Assembly (NCBI GenBank): GCA_052327205.1 | Contig: CM126204.1 | Coordinates: forward strand, 69,750,001-69,814,000 | Reading direction: 5' to 3' | DNA from: Somniosus microcephalus | Taxonomy: Eukaryota | DNA length: 64,000 bases | In this document: positions 26,198 to 39,227 of the stretch, in pieces | Layout of the letters: every line of letters begins with the position of its first letter | Position numbering within the stretch: the stretch's first letter is position 1 | Program-made: the position numbers and the translations under genes | Notes under the pieces: generated by a model | Databases searched by the model: none | What the model was told of the DNA's origin: nothing | The model's input: the letters and a program-made list of their open reading frames with translations, nothing else

Positions 26198-27451
26198 GGC
26201 CATCATTTGCTGTAGGAGTGAATCTAACGCCGTCTGCCATTACTTAGACTTGCCCTTGCATGTTTAGGATTTTACATTTTTTATCTGGCAAGTTGCTGAA
26301 AGTGCGAGCTGATAACGTCACAGCGAGGGAAACCAGGCATCTGGGACCTGAGTGAACAGGCAAACAACTGTGTATCTCCTTGACCAATCAGATTGAAGTA
26401 TTGTGAAATTAACAGCACAAGAACCGAGAAGGAGTGTAAAAAAAGAAAGAAAGGCTTACATTTATATAGTGCCTTTCATGACCACTGGCCATCCCAAAGC
26501 AATTAACAGTCAATGAAGTACTTATGAAGTGTAGTCACTGTTGTAATGCAGGAAACACGGCAGCCAATCTGCACACAGCAAACTCCCACAAACAGCAGTG
26601 TGATAATGACCAAATAATCTGTTTTTGTAATGTTGACTTGAGGGATAAATATTGGCTAGGACACTGGGGATAACTCCCCTGCTCTTCTTCGAAATAGTGC
26701 CATGGGATCTTTTACATCCACCGAAGAGCAAGCAGACAAAGCCTCAGTTTAACATCTCATCTGAAAGACGGCATGTCCAACAGTGTAGCACTCCCTCAGT
26801 ATTGCACTGGAGTGTCAGTTTAGATATTTGTACATAACTCTCTGGAGTGGGACTTGAATCCACAACTTCCCTGGCTCAGAGGTAAGAATGCTACCAACTG
26901 AGCCACTGGCTGACACATAAATGAGAGTGGGTGAATTCGATGTCAAATCAGGTACAGAAAGAGAAATAAAGAGAGGGGAAGAAAGATTGGATTAAAAGAG
27001 AGAGAAAAAAGAGACAGAAAGAAAGAGTAAACAAAGAATTTAACATTTTTAAAATCTGCAACAACAATTAAAACCTGAAGGAATGGGACTCCACACATGT
27101 AATAGTTAACTTTCAGTGCCAGAGAGGTTGACTACTAGTAATTAACACTTATCCTATCATTAAAAGGGTACTTAAACTGAATGGACAAGACTTACCTTCC
27201 TGTGGCGAGTTTAGTTCGTATCTACTGCGCAAGTACATCAACGTCCCGTCATTCAATGCATTTCAGTGCTGAGGCAGACAGTGAGATGCCGTCTTTGTGA
27301 AGCGGAACGGCGCAACTTGGAGAGCAACTTTTTGGATTTCCGTGTTTAACCGCACAGCTGCCTCGCCTGAAGTTGCTGTAGCATTGGCGCTTAAATAAAT
27401 AACGGTGAGCGCTATTGGCTTCTCCGTTACTTTGACAACAAATTACAGGCC
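26198..27451. mobile_element. Old MITE-like element hosting a SINE
   Basis: Degenerate GGGCC...AATTT-type ends; CpG-rich subtermini. Confidence 0.35.
26438..26916 (-). mobile_element. Deu-domain/SacSINE1-like SINE, full length
   Basis: Colinear with 654-1118; A and B boxes on the minus strand. Confidence 0.85.
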
Positions 27452-27817
27452 ATTCTAAATGTTGCAGAGGGCTGTGGGGTGGGAGGAAAAGTAGATAGGA
27501 AATTACCCATGGCCCCTCGCTTGTATCTTATTATACAGCAGCATCAATGGAAGGCTAGGAATATGTCTGCAATCCAACCACTCAGGTGAAGAAAATGCAC
27601 ATCAGAGAAAAGGTGCAGGCATAACATATGAGCAAGGAATCATGGGTAATCCCTACCTAATCTCCCCCCCCCTCCCCCCGTCTATGAGAAATGACTAGTT
27701 TCCACTTGGCAATACCCCACATCAATAATATTGAGCTCAGTCTTAATTTGGGGGACGGTTTCCTCTGTGCACTACTTGTAGCAAAATCGTAAGTACATTT
27801 TTATAAATGGTATCTAA

Positions 27818-28235
27818 TGTTGTTGCTCATTGAGAACAGTGGAGAATTGTAGTCACAGACCCACATCGAGTCACTCCCTGATGAAGTGTAGTGGAAAATT
27901 CATGAGTAGCAAAGAAAGACTCATGAGTTTTCCAATTTTAAAATAACACTGTGGTTGTAGATCCCCCCCACCCCACCCCTCCCACCAGCCCCACCCCCAC
28001 CCCCGCCAAAAAAGAATGAGTTAGTGAATTGGTAATTGTACAATTCTACCACCAACAGCCTGCTAAAATAAAAAGCATATATTTTTATAAAGGGAACTGG
28101 GTGGGACATCAGTTCAGAAGACTGTCCTTTTGCCTGTAGAGTCTGGTTTGATTCCAGCTCAGACTGATGTGATGAAAGTTCTTTGGTTCTTGTAAAGGTC
28201 CTCAGTAAAAAGAAGTTTGAGCAAGTCCAATTCCT
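27818..28235. repeat. Right arm of an inverted duplication (left arm 15560-15687 plus 25950-26195)
   Basis: Reverse-complement match on both sides of the A/B insertion. Confidence 0.9.
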
Positions 28236-28560
28236 AGTGAATGCAATTCCACAGTGCTAAACTATCCATAATTCAGGATTAATCACCATTCAAATTGGCA
28301 GTCTCACTCAGAGAAAGCATAAAAATGACTGGCGTGGGAAGTGGAAAAATTCACACTGATGCAGTAGGGTTTGCTGTTCTGAGGTTATAGTTAAAGGAAC
28401 AGTTTGGAGAAGAATACTGCAGAGGGAGCTTTATTTTACATCTGGTCATATTATACCTGACCTGGCAGGACACGATGCTGACAGTGAGTGCCAAAAGTGG
28501 AAAAGTATTCCATTCCCCAGTACTGACATTCCTTGTCTTGAAGACCACAAAAATTCATAC
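28091..28560 (+). mobile_element. LF-SINE-like element
   Basis: Colinear motifs resembling the LF-SINE consensus as recalled: CCTTTTGCCTGTAG, degenerate B box GGTTTGATTCCAGCTCAG, GTCCAATTCCTAGTG, TTGGCAGTCTCA, end AAATTCATAC; ~470 bp. Confidence 0.5.
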
Positions 28561-28901
28561 AAGACAGTTTAATCCAAATATTTTATATATATATAAAATG
28601 AGAGTAAAATAACCTTTCCTTCATTGCAAATGAGTTACCATATTTGCGTGCACTTGGGTTGCTAGTGCTGCCCAGCTTGTCCAGCAGTAATGGATCTCCA
28701 TTTAAAGCTTCAAATTCACATCAAAGTGTGACCTGGCCACCCTCCTATGGCTATATTAATCATCAGAGCTTTACATTATGATTGAGTGGAAAAAAAACTG
28801 GTCTATCAGAGGCCATTTCTAGCCAATCAGAGGCTGATTTTCTCATTGTTGCAGCCACTTTCAAAATGGATATTAGGTGCTAGGAGGCAGAGGAAGAAAA
28901 T

Positions 28902-30385
28902 AAAGAATCGTAGAATGGTTACAGCGCAGAAGAAGGCCATTCGGTCTGTCGAGCCCGTGCTGGCTCTCTGCAAGAGCACTTCAGCCAGTCCCACTCCCCC
29001 GCCCTTTCCCCGTAGCCCTGCAAATTTTTTCCTTCAGGTACTTATTCAATTCCCTTTTGAAAGTCACGATTGAGTCTGCCTCCAGCACCCTTTCAGGCAG
29101 TACATTCCAGATCCTAACCACTCGCTGTGTAAAAAAGTTTTTCCTCATGTGACCTTTGGTTCTTTTGCCAATCACCTTAAATCTGTGTCCTCTGGTTCTC
29201 GACCCTTCCGCCAATGGGCACAGTTTCTCTCTATCTACTCTGTCCAGACCCCTCATGATTTTGAACATCTCCATCAAATCTCCTCTCAACCTTCCCTGTT
29301 CCAAGGAGAACAACCCCAGCTTCTCCAGTTTATCAATGTAACTGAAGTCCCTCATCCCTGGAATCATTCTTGTAAATCTTTTCTGCACCCTCTCTAAGGC
29401 CTTCACATCCTTCCTAAAGTGCGGTGCCCAGAATTGGACACAATACTCCAGTTGAGGCCGAACCAGTGTTTTATAAAGGTTCATCATAACTTCCTTCCTT
29501 TTGTAATTTGTGCCTCTATTTATGAATCCCAGGATCCCGTATGCTTTTTTAACTTCTTTCTCAACCTGCCCTGCAACCTACAACAATTTGTGCACATATA
29601 CCCCCAGGTCTCTCTGTTCATGCACCCACTTTAGCATTGTACCCTTTAGTTTATATTGCCTCTCCTCGTTCTTCCTACCAAAATGTATCACTTCGCACTT
29701 TTTTGCGTTAAATTTCATCTGCCACGTGCCCATCCATTTAACCAGCATGTCTATGTCCTCTTGAAGTCTCTCACTATCCTCCTCACTGTTCACTATACTT
29801 CCAAGTTTTGTGTCATCTGCAAATTTTGAAATTGTACCCTGTACACCCAAGTCCAAGTCATTAATATACAGCAAGAAAAGCAGTGGTCCTAGAACCGACC
29901 CCTGGGGAACACCACTGTGTATCTTCCTCCAGTCCGAAAACCAACCATTCATCACTACTCTCTGTTTCCTGTCACTTTGCCAATTTCGTATCCATGCTGT
30001 CACTGTCCCTTTTATTCCACGGGCTTCAACTCTGCTGGCAAGCCTATTATGTGGCACTTTATCAAAGGCCTTTTGGAAGCCCATGTACACCACATCAACC
30101 GCACTGCCCTCATCAACCCTCTCTGTTACCTCATCAAAAAACTCGATCAAGTTAGTTAAACACGATTTGCTTTTAACAAATCTGTGCTGGCTTCCATTAA
30201 TTAATCCACACTTGTCCAAGTGACTGTTAATTTTGTCCCTGAATATCATTTCTAAAAGCTTCCCCACTACAGAGGTTAAACTAACTGGTCTACAGTTGCT
30301 GGGTTTATCCTTACACCCTTTTTTGAACAAGGATGTAACATTTGCAATTCTCTAGTCCTCTGGCACCACTCCTTCATCTAAGGAG
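28902..30385 (-). mobile_element. 5'-truncated CR1 LINE (RT and 3' UTR)
   Basis: ORFs 29578-30330 (RPVSLTSVVGK, GVPQGSVLGP, FADDTKL) and 28981-29487. Confidence 0.92.
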
Positions 30386-33300
30386 CATTTTAAACTTTTA
30401 TGTTTCATGGGGGAAATGTTACGCAATAAGTAAAGTTATACTCGACAGGGATAAAGTAAAAGTAATGTTAAAATAATAGAAGTAGAAGGGAGAGAGAATG
30501 AAAAAGAGAGAATAAGGGGAAAAGAAAAGACAGAGGAAGAAGTGGTTTGCTTATCATGTGAAGCAACATTGTAAATGTATTTAAAGAGAACGCATTCACA
30601 GTGTCATAGCGACCGCAGCAATTCTTCCCCCGGGGTAATCCAGAAATAACATTTTTAAAAGAAATAACTTTTATCCTAACAAATGAGTATTTCAGTAGGC
30701 TTAAATATTACTGTCATAAATATGTAAATTCTTGTCTTCGCTGATTTAAGTGTAAGCAACAGTTTCATCCTCAGAGTCAATACTAATTAGCATTATTACT
30801 GTAGTATTAAAGTTTGTTTCAACCGCACAATGTGTGATTTGCAAACTTAAAAACTGGCTGATGCTGGGGAGCCTGGTATATTAAGGACCTTGCCAGCAGT
30901 CTAAGGGTTAAAATTACAGTTAAAGCAATGCAGAATCTGGCTCTTTTAAGCTAATTGACAGTCTTACTATTATTTAAGAGTAGTGCCGGGAGATGTTTTT
31001 TTATTTGTTCACAGCAGCTGATTCATCATGGTGACTCCAACCACAGACCACCAGAAGGAGACAAGACATGGTTTATTTTTTCACTAGCAGTTACTCAGAA
31101 AGAAAATACCCCATGGAAAATAGAGATCCTCAAACCCCATTCATCTGCCTTTTCATGTTGGATACTATTGATTGTCGAGGAAGCTGCCGAAACATATTCA
31201 AAGCCCTTGAACAAAAGCTTTGTGCTGAGCTCCTGTGACTGCGGAACCCCAGCAAGCTACAGTGAATCATATTTCTGTGTCGACACCTGTGCTTCCACTA
31301 GTCAAAGTCAACTTACAGAATGAAAGCCATTTAGCCATCTGTGACTGAGCTGTGTACCAAAATTTGGGATCTTACGTGGGCAGATGTTCCAGTGTGGGAT
31401 TTTAAAGAATATTATTTCATTATTTTATGTGCATGGAAAGTGTTTTTGTTTAATCAGAGGAAGCTGAGTCATCTCCACAAGCATGCTGTTACTGTTTTCA
31501 AACTACAAGGCGTGGGGGGCAGGGAGTTGACACTTGGTCCTGCTCCCAATCCCCCTCAGTGCTCTGATTTATTTTTTCAGTTAGATTATAATCGCCTTTT
31601 AAAATTCATCAGACAGGTCAGCTCCATTCATCAGTTATAGTAAAAGTCATGGTGTACTTTATCAGCGCTGGGATAAAGGCTACTTTCATAACCCTTTGAC
31701 TTCTAACAGAAACAGTCACACCTTATTACTAGTTCCCTCATAATGCACTTTCTCTTCTCATGAGCATCTCATGCACACTTTTTCCCTCTAAACAAGTTTG
31801 AATGAGGGTTGCAGTTCTGATGGATGAATATACCAGACAATCAAGACCCAGCACTGTATAGTGTAAGATACGTGAAAATAAAGAAAGTGAACGTTCTGAT
31901 GGTGTTCACATGACGGGAAAAACAAATGATCTTTCCAGGTCAGTAGCACCCTAGGCTTTATTCCAGAACTTTTTCGAAATGTTTCAAATTCATAGCCTGT
32001 AATCTCTTTTCCATATTCTACCTCCAGGCAGGAGTTTATGAAAGTAAATATGCTATTGTTGAACAGAAGTGATGTTAAAATAACGTATTTCCACAAACCT
32101 AGTGGTTTAAACTAGAACAAACAAATTCCTCACCCCGAGTGGCAGATATATTTAAGCGTTGTCTTGAGCCAATAGTCGAAGTTGCTGTAACCAATTGGCT
32201 TCTGGCCCATTTCTTTCTTTCTGTAAATAATGGATCATACAGATCATATCTAATTGTTATCAATTTAAGTATAATAAATGGCTATTTTACCTTTACATTC
32301 ATTTTTTTCCCTCGCTGAAAGAACAAAAAGCCTGCATTCAATCATCTCTATAAGCAGGCCACTTAGATCCAACAATTTGAGGGCGACCAAGACAATTAAG
32401 AGAGCTCCAGGGGAGCATATGTAGGCAATAAAGAGAGGAATTCTTGTGTGGGTGCGATGGAATGAATGTCATGTATGGAGCAGAGGTGATGTGTGGAATG
32501 GGAGATCTTGAAAAATTCACATCACTTCAAACATTGTTGCTTTCTTAATAATTTTCCTTCCCACTCTATAATTTTCCTTTTTATCACGCACCATTCCTTG
32601 ACCAGGAGAGTAGCCAAGCAACCTAGTTTCCAAAGCCCTGCCTCTGTGCGATGCAATTGATCAGAGTCATACGCGTGAGTTGTAAACTTAGTTTAATGTT
32701 CTGGGGTTTCATTTGATCACCTTTGAGGGTTGGGAAGAAATTTCACAGAGTTTGGTTTCCATGCAGGTTATGCCTCTAATCCATCACCTCACCTCACTCA
32801 GGAAATTGAGAGGGTTAGATATAGAGCACAATAGAGCAAAATGTACATGGTTGGTAAAGTGAACAAGCCTGATAGAGTGAGTAAATAGAAATAATTCGAT
32901 AAACAATAACTTGAAAAGAATTTCTATTGGGTTAATTATATAAATTGTTTTGGCAGAATCAGAGTAGGGAGTGTCGTGCGTGGCATGCAGGATGTGGATC
33001 TGCCTGGATTTATGTGTCATGCAGGGTGAATACACATGTATGAACTGTGCTAAAGGTGCACTTCTCAAGCAAAGTTGTACAGCTTGAGAATCAACAGGAC
33101 ACACTCTGCAACATTTTGAAGGAAGACAGTTTTCTTGAGCAGACATTCCAGAGGGTGGTCGCCCCACAGGTTGTTCAGAGTAGAGAAATCAGGACTGGGA
33201 ATTAAACATTGCAGGGTATAACATATTTGGAAAAGATAGAGAGGGAAAAAGGGGAGGTGGAATAGCTGTACTTATTAGGGATAACATAATGGCAGTAGAC

Positions 33301-34001
33301 AAAAGTGACGCAGCTATCAGCAAGACAGAAATAGAATCCATATGGATAGAGATAAAAAATAATAAAGGATCAATCACATTAATAGGTGTAGTCTACAGAC
33401 CACCTAATAGTGGAAGGGAGGTGGAGGAAGAAATATACAGACAAACTAGAGAAATGAGTAAAAAACATAGAATAATAATCATGGGGGATTTCAACTACCC
33501 CGATATTAATTGGACAGAAGAGGTAGGTAAAGGGGATAAGGGAATGGAGTTCCTACGATGTGTATAGGACTCCTTTCTAATCCAATATGTAAAAAGCCCA
33601 ACAAGGGAGGATTCACTATTGGATCGAATAATGGGGAATGAACCAGAGCAGCTAAGAGAAATAAAAGTAAGGGAACATCTAGGCAATAGTGACCATAATA
33701 TAATAAGCTTTAAGATGATAATTGAGAAGGACATAAGTATGACAAAAACCAAGGTAATAGATTGGAGAAAAACTGATTTTGAGGGGCTCAGAATAGAACT
33801 TGGAAAAATAAAATGGGCAACAATATTGGCAAACAATGATGTAGAACAGCAATGGGAAACCTTTAAAATGGTGTTCAACAGAGTGCAGGAACAATATATT
33901 CCACTAAAAGGAAAGAACAAACTAAATACTAATGAGACTCCATGGATGAATAAAGCCATAAGTGAACAATTGACGGTAAGGAAAGAGGCATACATTAAGT
34001 A

Positions 34002-37000
34002 TGGTGTGGGAGAAATGGGTTTTGCTTCCTGGGACACTGGCACCAGTACTGGGGCAGGAGGGAGCTATTCCATTGGGATGGGCTTCACTTGGCCAGTGCT
34101 GGGACTAGAGTCCTGGCGGATCATATAACTAGGGCTGTAGAGAGGGCTTTAAACTAACTAGTGGGGGGGAGGTTCCTAGAGAGCAAATAATAAAAATAAC
34201 AACAGAGAAGGTCATAGACTTAGGTAGCAGTGGGGAAATTAAAAAACAGAGTGTGTCAGGAAGGGGCAGAAGGTATGGAGTAAAAGGTAAAGTAATAAAA
34301 AGGGCAAAAGCAGGAACTAAGTGTCACAAAACATATTTGAAAGTTCTCTATCTGAATGCACGTAGCATTCGTAACAAAATAGACGAGTTAATGGCACAAA
34401 TAACTACATATGGGTATGATCTTGTGGCCATTACAGAAATATGGCTGCAAGGTGACAATGCCTGGGAATTAAACATACCAGGTTATTTAATGATCAGGAA
34501 GGACAGGCAGGAAGGAAGGGGAGGTGGGGTGGCTATGTTAATAAAGGAAGGAATCACTGTAATACAGAGAAATGATATTGGGTCAAAAGGTCAGGATAAT
34601 GAAACAGTTTGGGTGGAGGTAAGGAATAATAAGGGGGAAAAAACCACTAGTGGGCGTAGTCTATAGGCCTCCGAACAGTTGCAACTCGGTTGGATGGAGT
34701 TTCAATCAGGAAATAGTTGAGGCTTGTAATAAGGGAACATCTATAATTATGGGGGATTTTAACTATCATATTAATTGGACAAATCAAACTGGGCAGGGCT
34801 GCCTTGAGGATGAGTTTATTGAGTGTATTAGGGATGGGTTTCTTGAGCAGTATGTAACTGAACCGACCAGGGGACAAGCAACCTTAGATCTGGTCCTGTG
34901 TAACGAGACAGGATTAATTAAAAATGTCCTAGTAAAGGATCCCCTTGTAATGAGTGACCATAACATGGTTGAATTCCATATTCAATTAGAGGGTGAGAAG
35001 GTTGGATCTCAAACAAGCGTGCTAAGCTTGAATAAAGGAGACTATGAAGGTATGAGAGCGGCTTACATCCTAGGGTCTTGAGGGAAGTGGTGGTAGGGAT
35101 TGTGGATGCATTGGTAATAATTTTCCAAAACTCCCTGGACTCAGCAAAGGTCCCGGCAGACTGGAAAACTGCTAATGTAACACCCTTATTTAAAAAGGGC
35201 AGTAGACAGAAGGCTGGAAACTATAGGCCAGTTAGCCTAACATCTGTGGTAGGTAAAATGTTGGAGTCCATTATTAAGGAGACAGTAACAGGACATTTGG
35301 ATAATCATAATTTAATAGGACAAAGTCAGCATGGTTTTATGAAGGGGAAGTCATGTTTGACAAATTTGCTGGAGTTCTTTGAGGAAGTAACATATAGGGT
35401 GGATAAAGGGGAACCAATGGACGTAGTGTATTTAGACTTCCAAAAGGCATTTGACAAGGTGCCACACAAAAGATTATTGCTTAAGATAAAAAATCACGGG
35501 ATTGGGGGTAATATTCTGGCATGGATAGAGGATTGGCTATCTAACAGAAGGCAGAGAGTTGGGATAAATGGTTCATTCTCAGAGTGGCAATCAGTAACTA
35601 GTGGTGTTCCGCAGGGGTCAGTGCTGGGTCCCCAACTCTTTACAATCTATATTAACATAGAAACATAGAAACTAGGAGCAGGAGTAGGCCGTTCGGCCCT
35701 TCGAGCCTGCTCCGCCATTCAACGAGATCATGGCTGATCATCCAAACCCTAGCACCCGGTCCCTACACCGACAGCCATCCCACCCAAGCCCTATCCCCGT
35801 AACCCCACATATTTAATCCCCCCTAACACTAAGGGCCAATTTTTATCATGGCCAATCAACCTAACCCGCACATCTTTGGACTGTGGGAGGAAACCGGAGC
35901 ACCCGGAGGAAACCCACGCAAACACGGGGAGAATGTGCAAACTTCACACAGACAGTCACCCGAGGCCGGATTTGAACCCGGGTCCCTGGTGCTGTGAGGC
36001 AACAGTGCTAACAACTATGCCACCGTGCTGCGATTTGGAGGAGGGGACCGAGTGTAACATATCAAAGTTTGCAGATGATACTAAGATGGGAGGGAAAGTA
36101 GTGAGTGAGGAGGACATAAAAAACCTGCAAGGGGACATAGACAGGCTAAGTAAATGGGCAGAGATTTGGCAGATGGAATACAATACTGGAAAGTGTGAGG
36201 TTATGCACTTTGGCAGGAAAAATCGTAGAGCAAATTATTATCTTAATGGCAAGAAACTGGAAAGTACTGAAGTACAAAGGGATCTGGGGGTCCTGGTGCA
36301 CGAAACTCAAAAGGTTAGTATACAGGTGCAGCAAGTGATTAAGAAGGCCAATGGAATGTTGGCTTTCATTGCTAGGGGGATAGAATATAAAAATAGGGAG
36401 GTATTGCTTCAGTTGTACAAGGTATTGGTGAGACCGCACCTGGAATACTGCATACAGTTTTGGTGTCCATACTTAAGTAAAGACATACTTGCTCTCGAGT
36501 CAGTACAAAGAAGGTTCACTCGGTTAATCCCGGGGGTGAGGGGATGGACATATGAGGAGAGGTTGAGTAGATTGGGACTCTACTCATTGGAGTTCAGAAG
36601 AATGAGAGGCGATCTTATTGAAACATATAAGATTGTGAAGGGGTTGGGTCGGGTGGATGTGGGGAGGATGTTCCCGATGATGGGTGAAACTAGAACTAGG
36701 GGGCATAGTCTTAGAATAAGGGGCTGCTCTTTCGAAACTGAGATGAGGAGGAACTACTTCACTCAGAGGGTGGTAGGTCCATGGAATATGCTGCCCCAAA
36801 AAGCTGTAGAAGCTACATCATTACATAAATTTAAAACAGAAATAGACAGTTTCCTAGAAGTAAAGGGAATTAAGGGTTATGGGGAGCGGGCAGGAATTTG
36901 GACATGAGTCTAGGTTCAGATCGGTCATGGCCCTGTGGGTAGCGGAACGGGCCCAGGGGCCATGTAGCCTGATCCTGCTCCTATTTCATGTGTCTAATTC

Positions 37001-37134
37001 TGTTAGATTCAGGAGATAGTTCTGTGATAGTAGATTGGCGGTTAGGATCAGATCAGCCATGATCTTATTGAATGGCGGAGCAGGCTCGAGGGGCCGATTG
37101 GCCTACTCCTGCTCCCATTTCTTATGTTCTTATG
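34002..37134 (+). mobile_element. CR1 LINE Y inserted in X (ORF1 esterase C-terminus; ORF2 with an internal deletion near 35060)
   Basis: TSD TTAAGTA at 33995-34001 / 37135-37141; WDGLHL motif; LNARS, ITE.W, YRPP, FADDTK; tail (TTCTTATG)2. Confidence 0.9.
35657..36031 (-). mobile_element. HE1-type V-SINE with CR1/HER1 tail, inserted in the RT of CR1 Y
   Basis: tRNA head (GGTGGCATAGTTGTTAGCAC, GGTTCAAATCC), V-domain GGGTTTCCTCCGGGTGCTCCGGTTTCCTCCCAC, tail matching the 3' end of the CR1 at ~54990-55077; splits ATTAAC|GATTTG. Confidence 0.9.
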
Positions 37135-37284
37135 TTAAGTACATAGACAGCAGGGGAGTGCATGATTAGGGAAAATATGAAGAGATTAGGAAAGAAGTCA
37201 AAAAAAACAATTAGGAGGGCAAAGAGGAACTATGAAATTAAATTATCAAGGAACATAAAACAAAATAGTAAAATATTTTACAGA

Positions 37285-37503
37285 CCTTCCCTTTTGTTCT
37301 TTCATCCCCTCCCCCATTTCCCAGCCCCCTATTTGCTTCTTAATCTGTTTCATTTCCTGCTTTTTTTTCTCAGCCCTGACGAAGGGTCTTCGACCTGAAA
37401 TGTTGACTCTGTTTCTCTCTCCACGGATGTTACCTGGCCTGCTAAGTTTTTCCAGCGTTTTCTGTTGTTACTTCAGATTTCCAGCATCCGCAGTATTTTG
37501 CTA
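37285..37503 (+). mobile_element. Penelope-like terminal fragment in CR1 X
   Basis: Same tail as 13789-13913 (CAGATTTCCAGCATCCGCAGTATTTTGCT); contains a hammerhead-like core. Confidence 0.7.
37371..37411 (+). ncRNA. Minimal hammerhead-ribozyme-like motif, degenerate
   Basis: CTGACGA-A-GGGTC-TTC-GACCT-GAAA-TGTT. Confidence 0.55.
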
Positions 37504-39227
37504 TCGAATAAAAAAGGAAGGTTGGGATGGGAATAGGGCTATTAAGGGATAGACAGGATAATACCACAGGTGATGATAGAGAGATGGTAGAAATATTAAA
37601 TAATTATTTTGCTTTAGTATTTACCAGGGAGATAGAACAGGTGGACATGACATTGGATAATGAGATTAGTAATGAGATAAGTGCATTTAAAATAAAAAGA
37701 GGGGATATATTAAATAAATTAATCAAACTCAAAGAGGATAAAATCCCTGGTCCGGATAGATTACATCCACGCATTTTAAAAGAATCTAGGGAAGAGATAG
37801 CAGAGGTATTACTACACATATTTAATAATTCATTAGAAAAAGGGGTAGTGCCAGAGGACTGGTGGATAGCTAACGTAATATTGATATTTAAAAAGGGGGA
37901 TAGAACATGTCCAGAGAATTATAGGCCAGTCAGCTTAACATCGGTGGTAGGAAAAATAATGGAATCCCTACTAAAGGAGAAAATAGAAGAACATCTAGAA
38001 ACCAAAAACATACTAATGAATAGTCAGCATGGATTTCAAAAGGGAAAGGCTTGCTTGACCAACCTCATTGAATTTTTTGAAGAGGTAACAGAGAGAGTAG
38101 ACAATGGTAATGCAGTAGATGTAATTTATCTAGGTTTTCAAAAGGCCTTCGATAAGGTACCCCATAATAGACTGATGAACAAGGTCAGAGAATGCGGAGT
38201 CAGGGGACAAGTAACAGAATGGATAGTTAGCTGGCTTCAAGGCAGAAAGCAGAGAGTAGGGGTAAAAGGTAACTATTCACAGTAGCAGAAGGTGGGTCGT
38301 GGTGTTCCACAGGATCAGTGCTGGGACCACTGTTGTTCACAATTTATATTAACGATTTAGACTTTGGAATCAAAAACACAATTCCTAAATTTGCGGATGA
38401 CACCAAATTGGGGGGATAGTCAATACTGAGAAGAACTGCAACAAGTTACAGGAGGACATTAATAAACTTGCAGAATGGGCATATAATTGGCAAATTAAGT
38501 TCAACACAGATAAATGTGAGGTATTACATTTTGGTAGGAAGAATAGGGAGGTCACTTGTTACTTGGAGGGTGTGAGTCTAGGTGGGGTAGAAGAACAAAG
38601 GGATCTCAGAGTACAAATACACAAATCACTAAAAGTTGTGACACAAGTTAGCAATGCCACAAAAAGGAAACCAAGCACTAGGATTTATTTCTAGAGGTAT
38701 AGAATTGAAAAGTAGGGAAGTTATGCTAAACCTGTATCGAACCTTGGTTAGACCACACTTAGAGTACTGCGTGCAGTTCTGGTTGCCATATTATAAAAAG
38801 GATATAGAGATACCAGAAATGCAAGGGTATACATATCAAGAAAGGATAAAGTCTGGGTCTCTTTTCTCTTGAAAAAAGAAGGCTGAGGGGTGAACTAATA
38901 GAAGTCTTTAAAATTATAAAAGGTTTTGATAGAGTGGATACAGAGAGAATATTTCCACTTTTGGGGAAGAGCATAACTAGAGGCCATCAATATAAGATAG
39001 TCACCAAGAAATCCAATAGGGAATTCAGAAGAAACTTCTTTACCCAAAGAGTGGTGAGAATATGGAACTCACTACCACAGGGAGTGGTTGAAGCGAAAAG
39101 TATAGATGCATTTAAGGGGAGGCTGGACAAGCTGGACAAGAAGTAAATAGAGGGTTATGCTGATAGATTTAGATGAGGAAAGACGGGAGGAGGCTCGAGT
39201 GGAGCATAAACGCTGGCATAAACTGAT

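Noticed and set aside
35876-36907. Novel 343-aa protein with a Cys/His-rich N-terminus
   Set aside because: Chance in-frame fusion of the antisense HE1 SINE with CR1 RT
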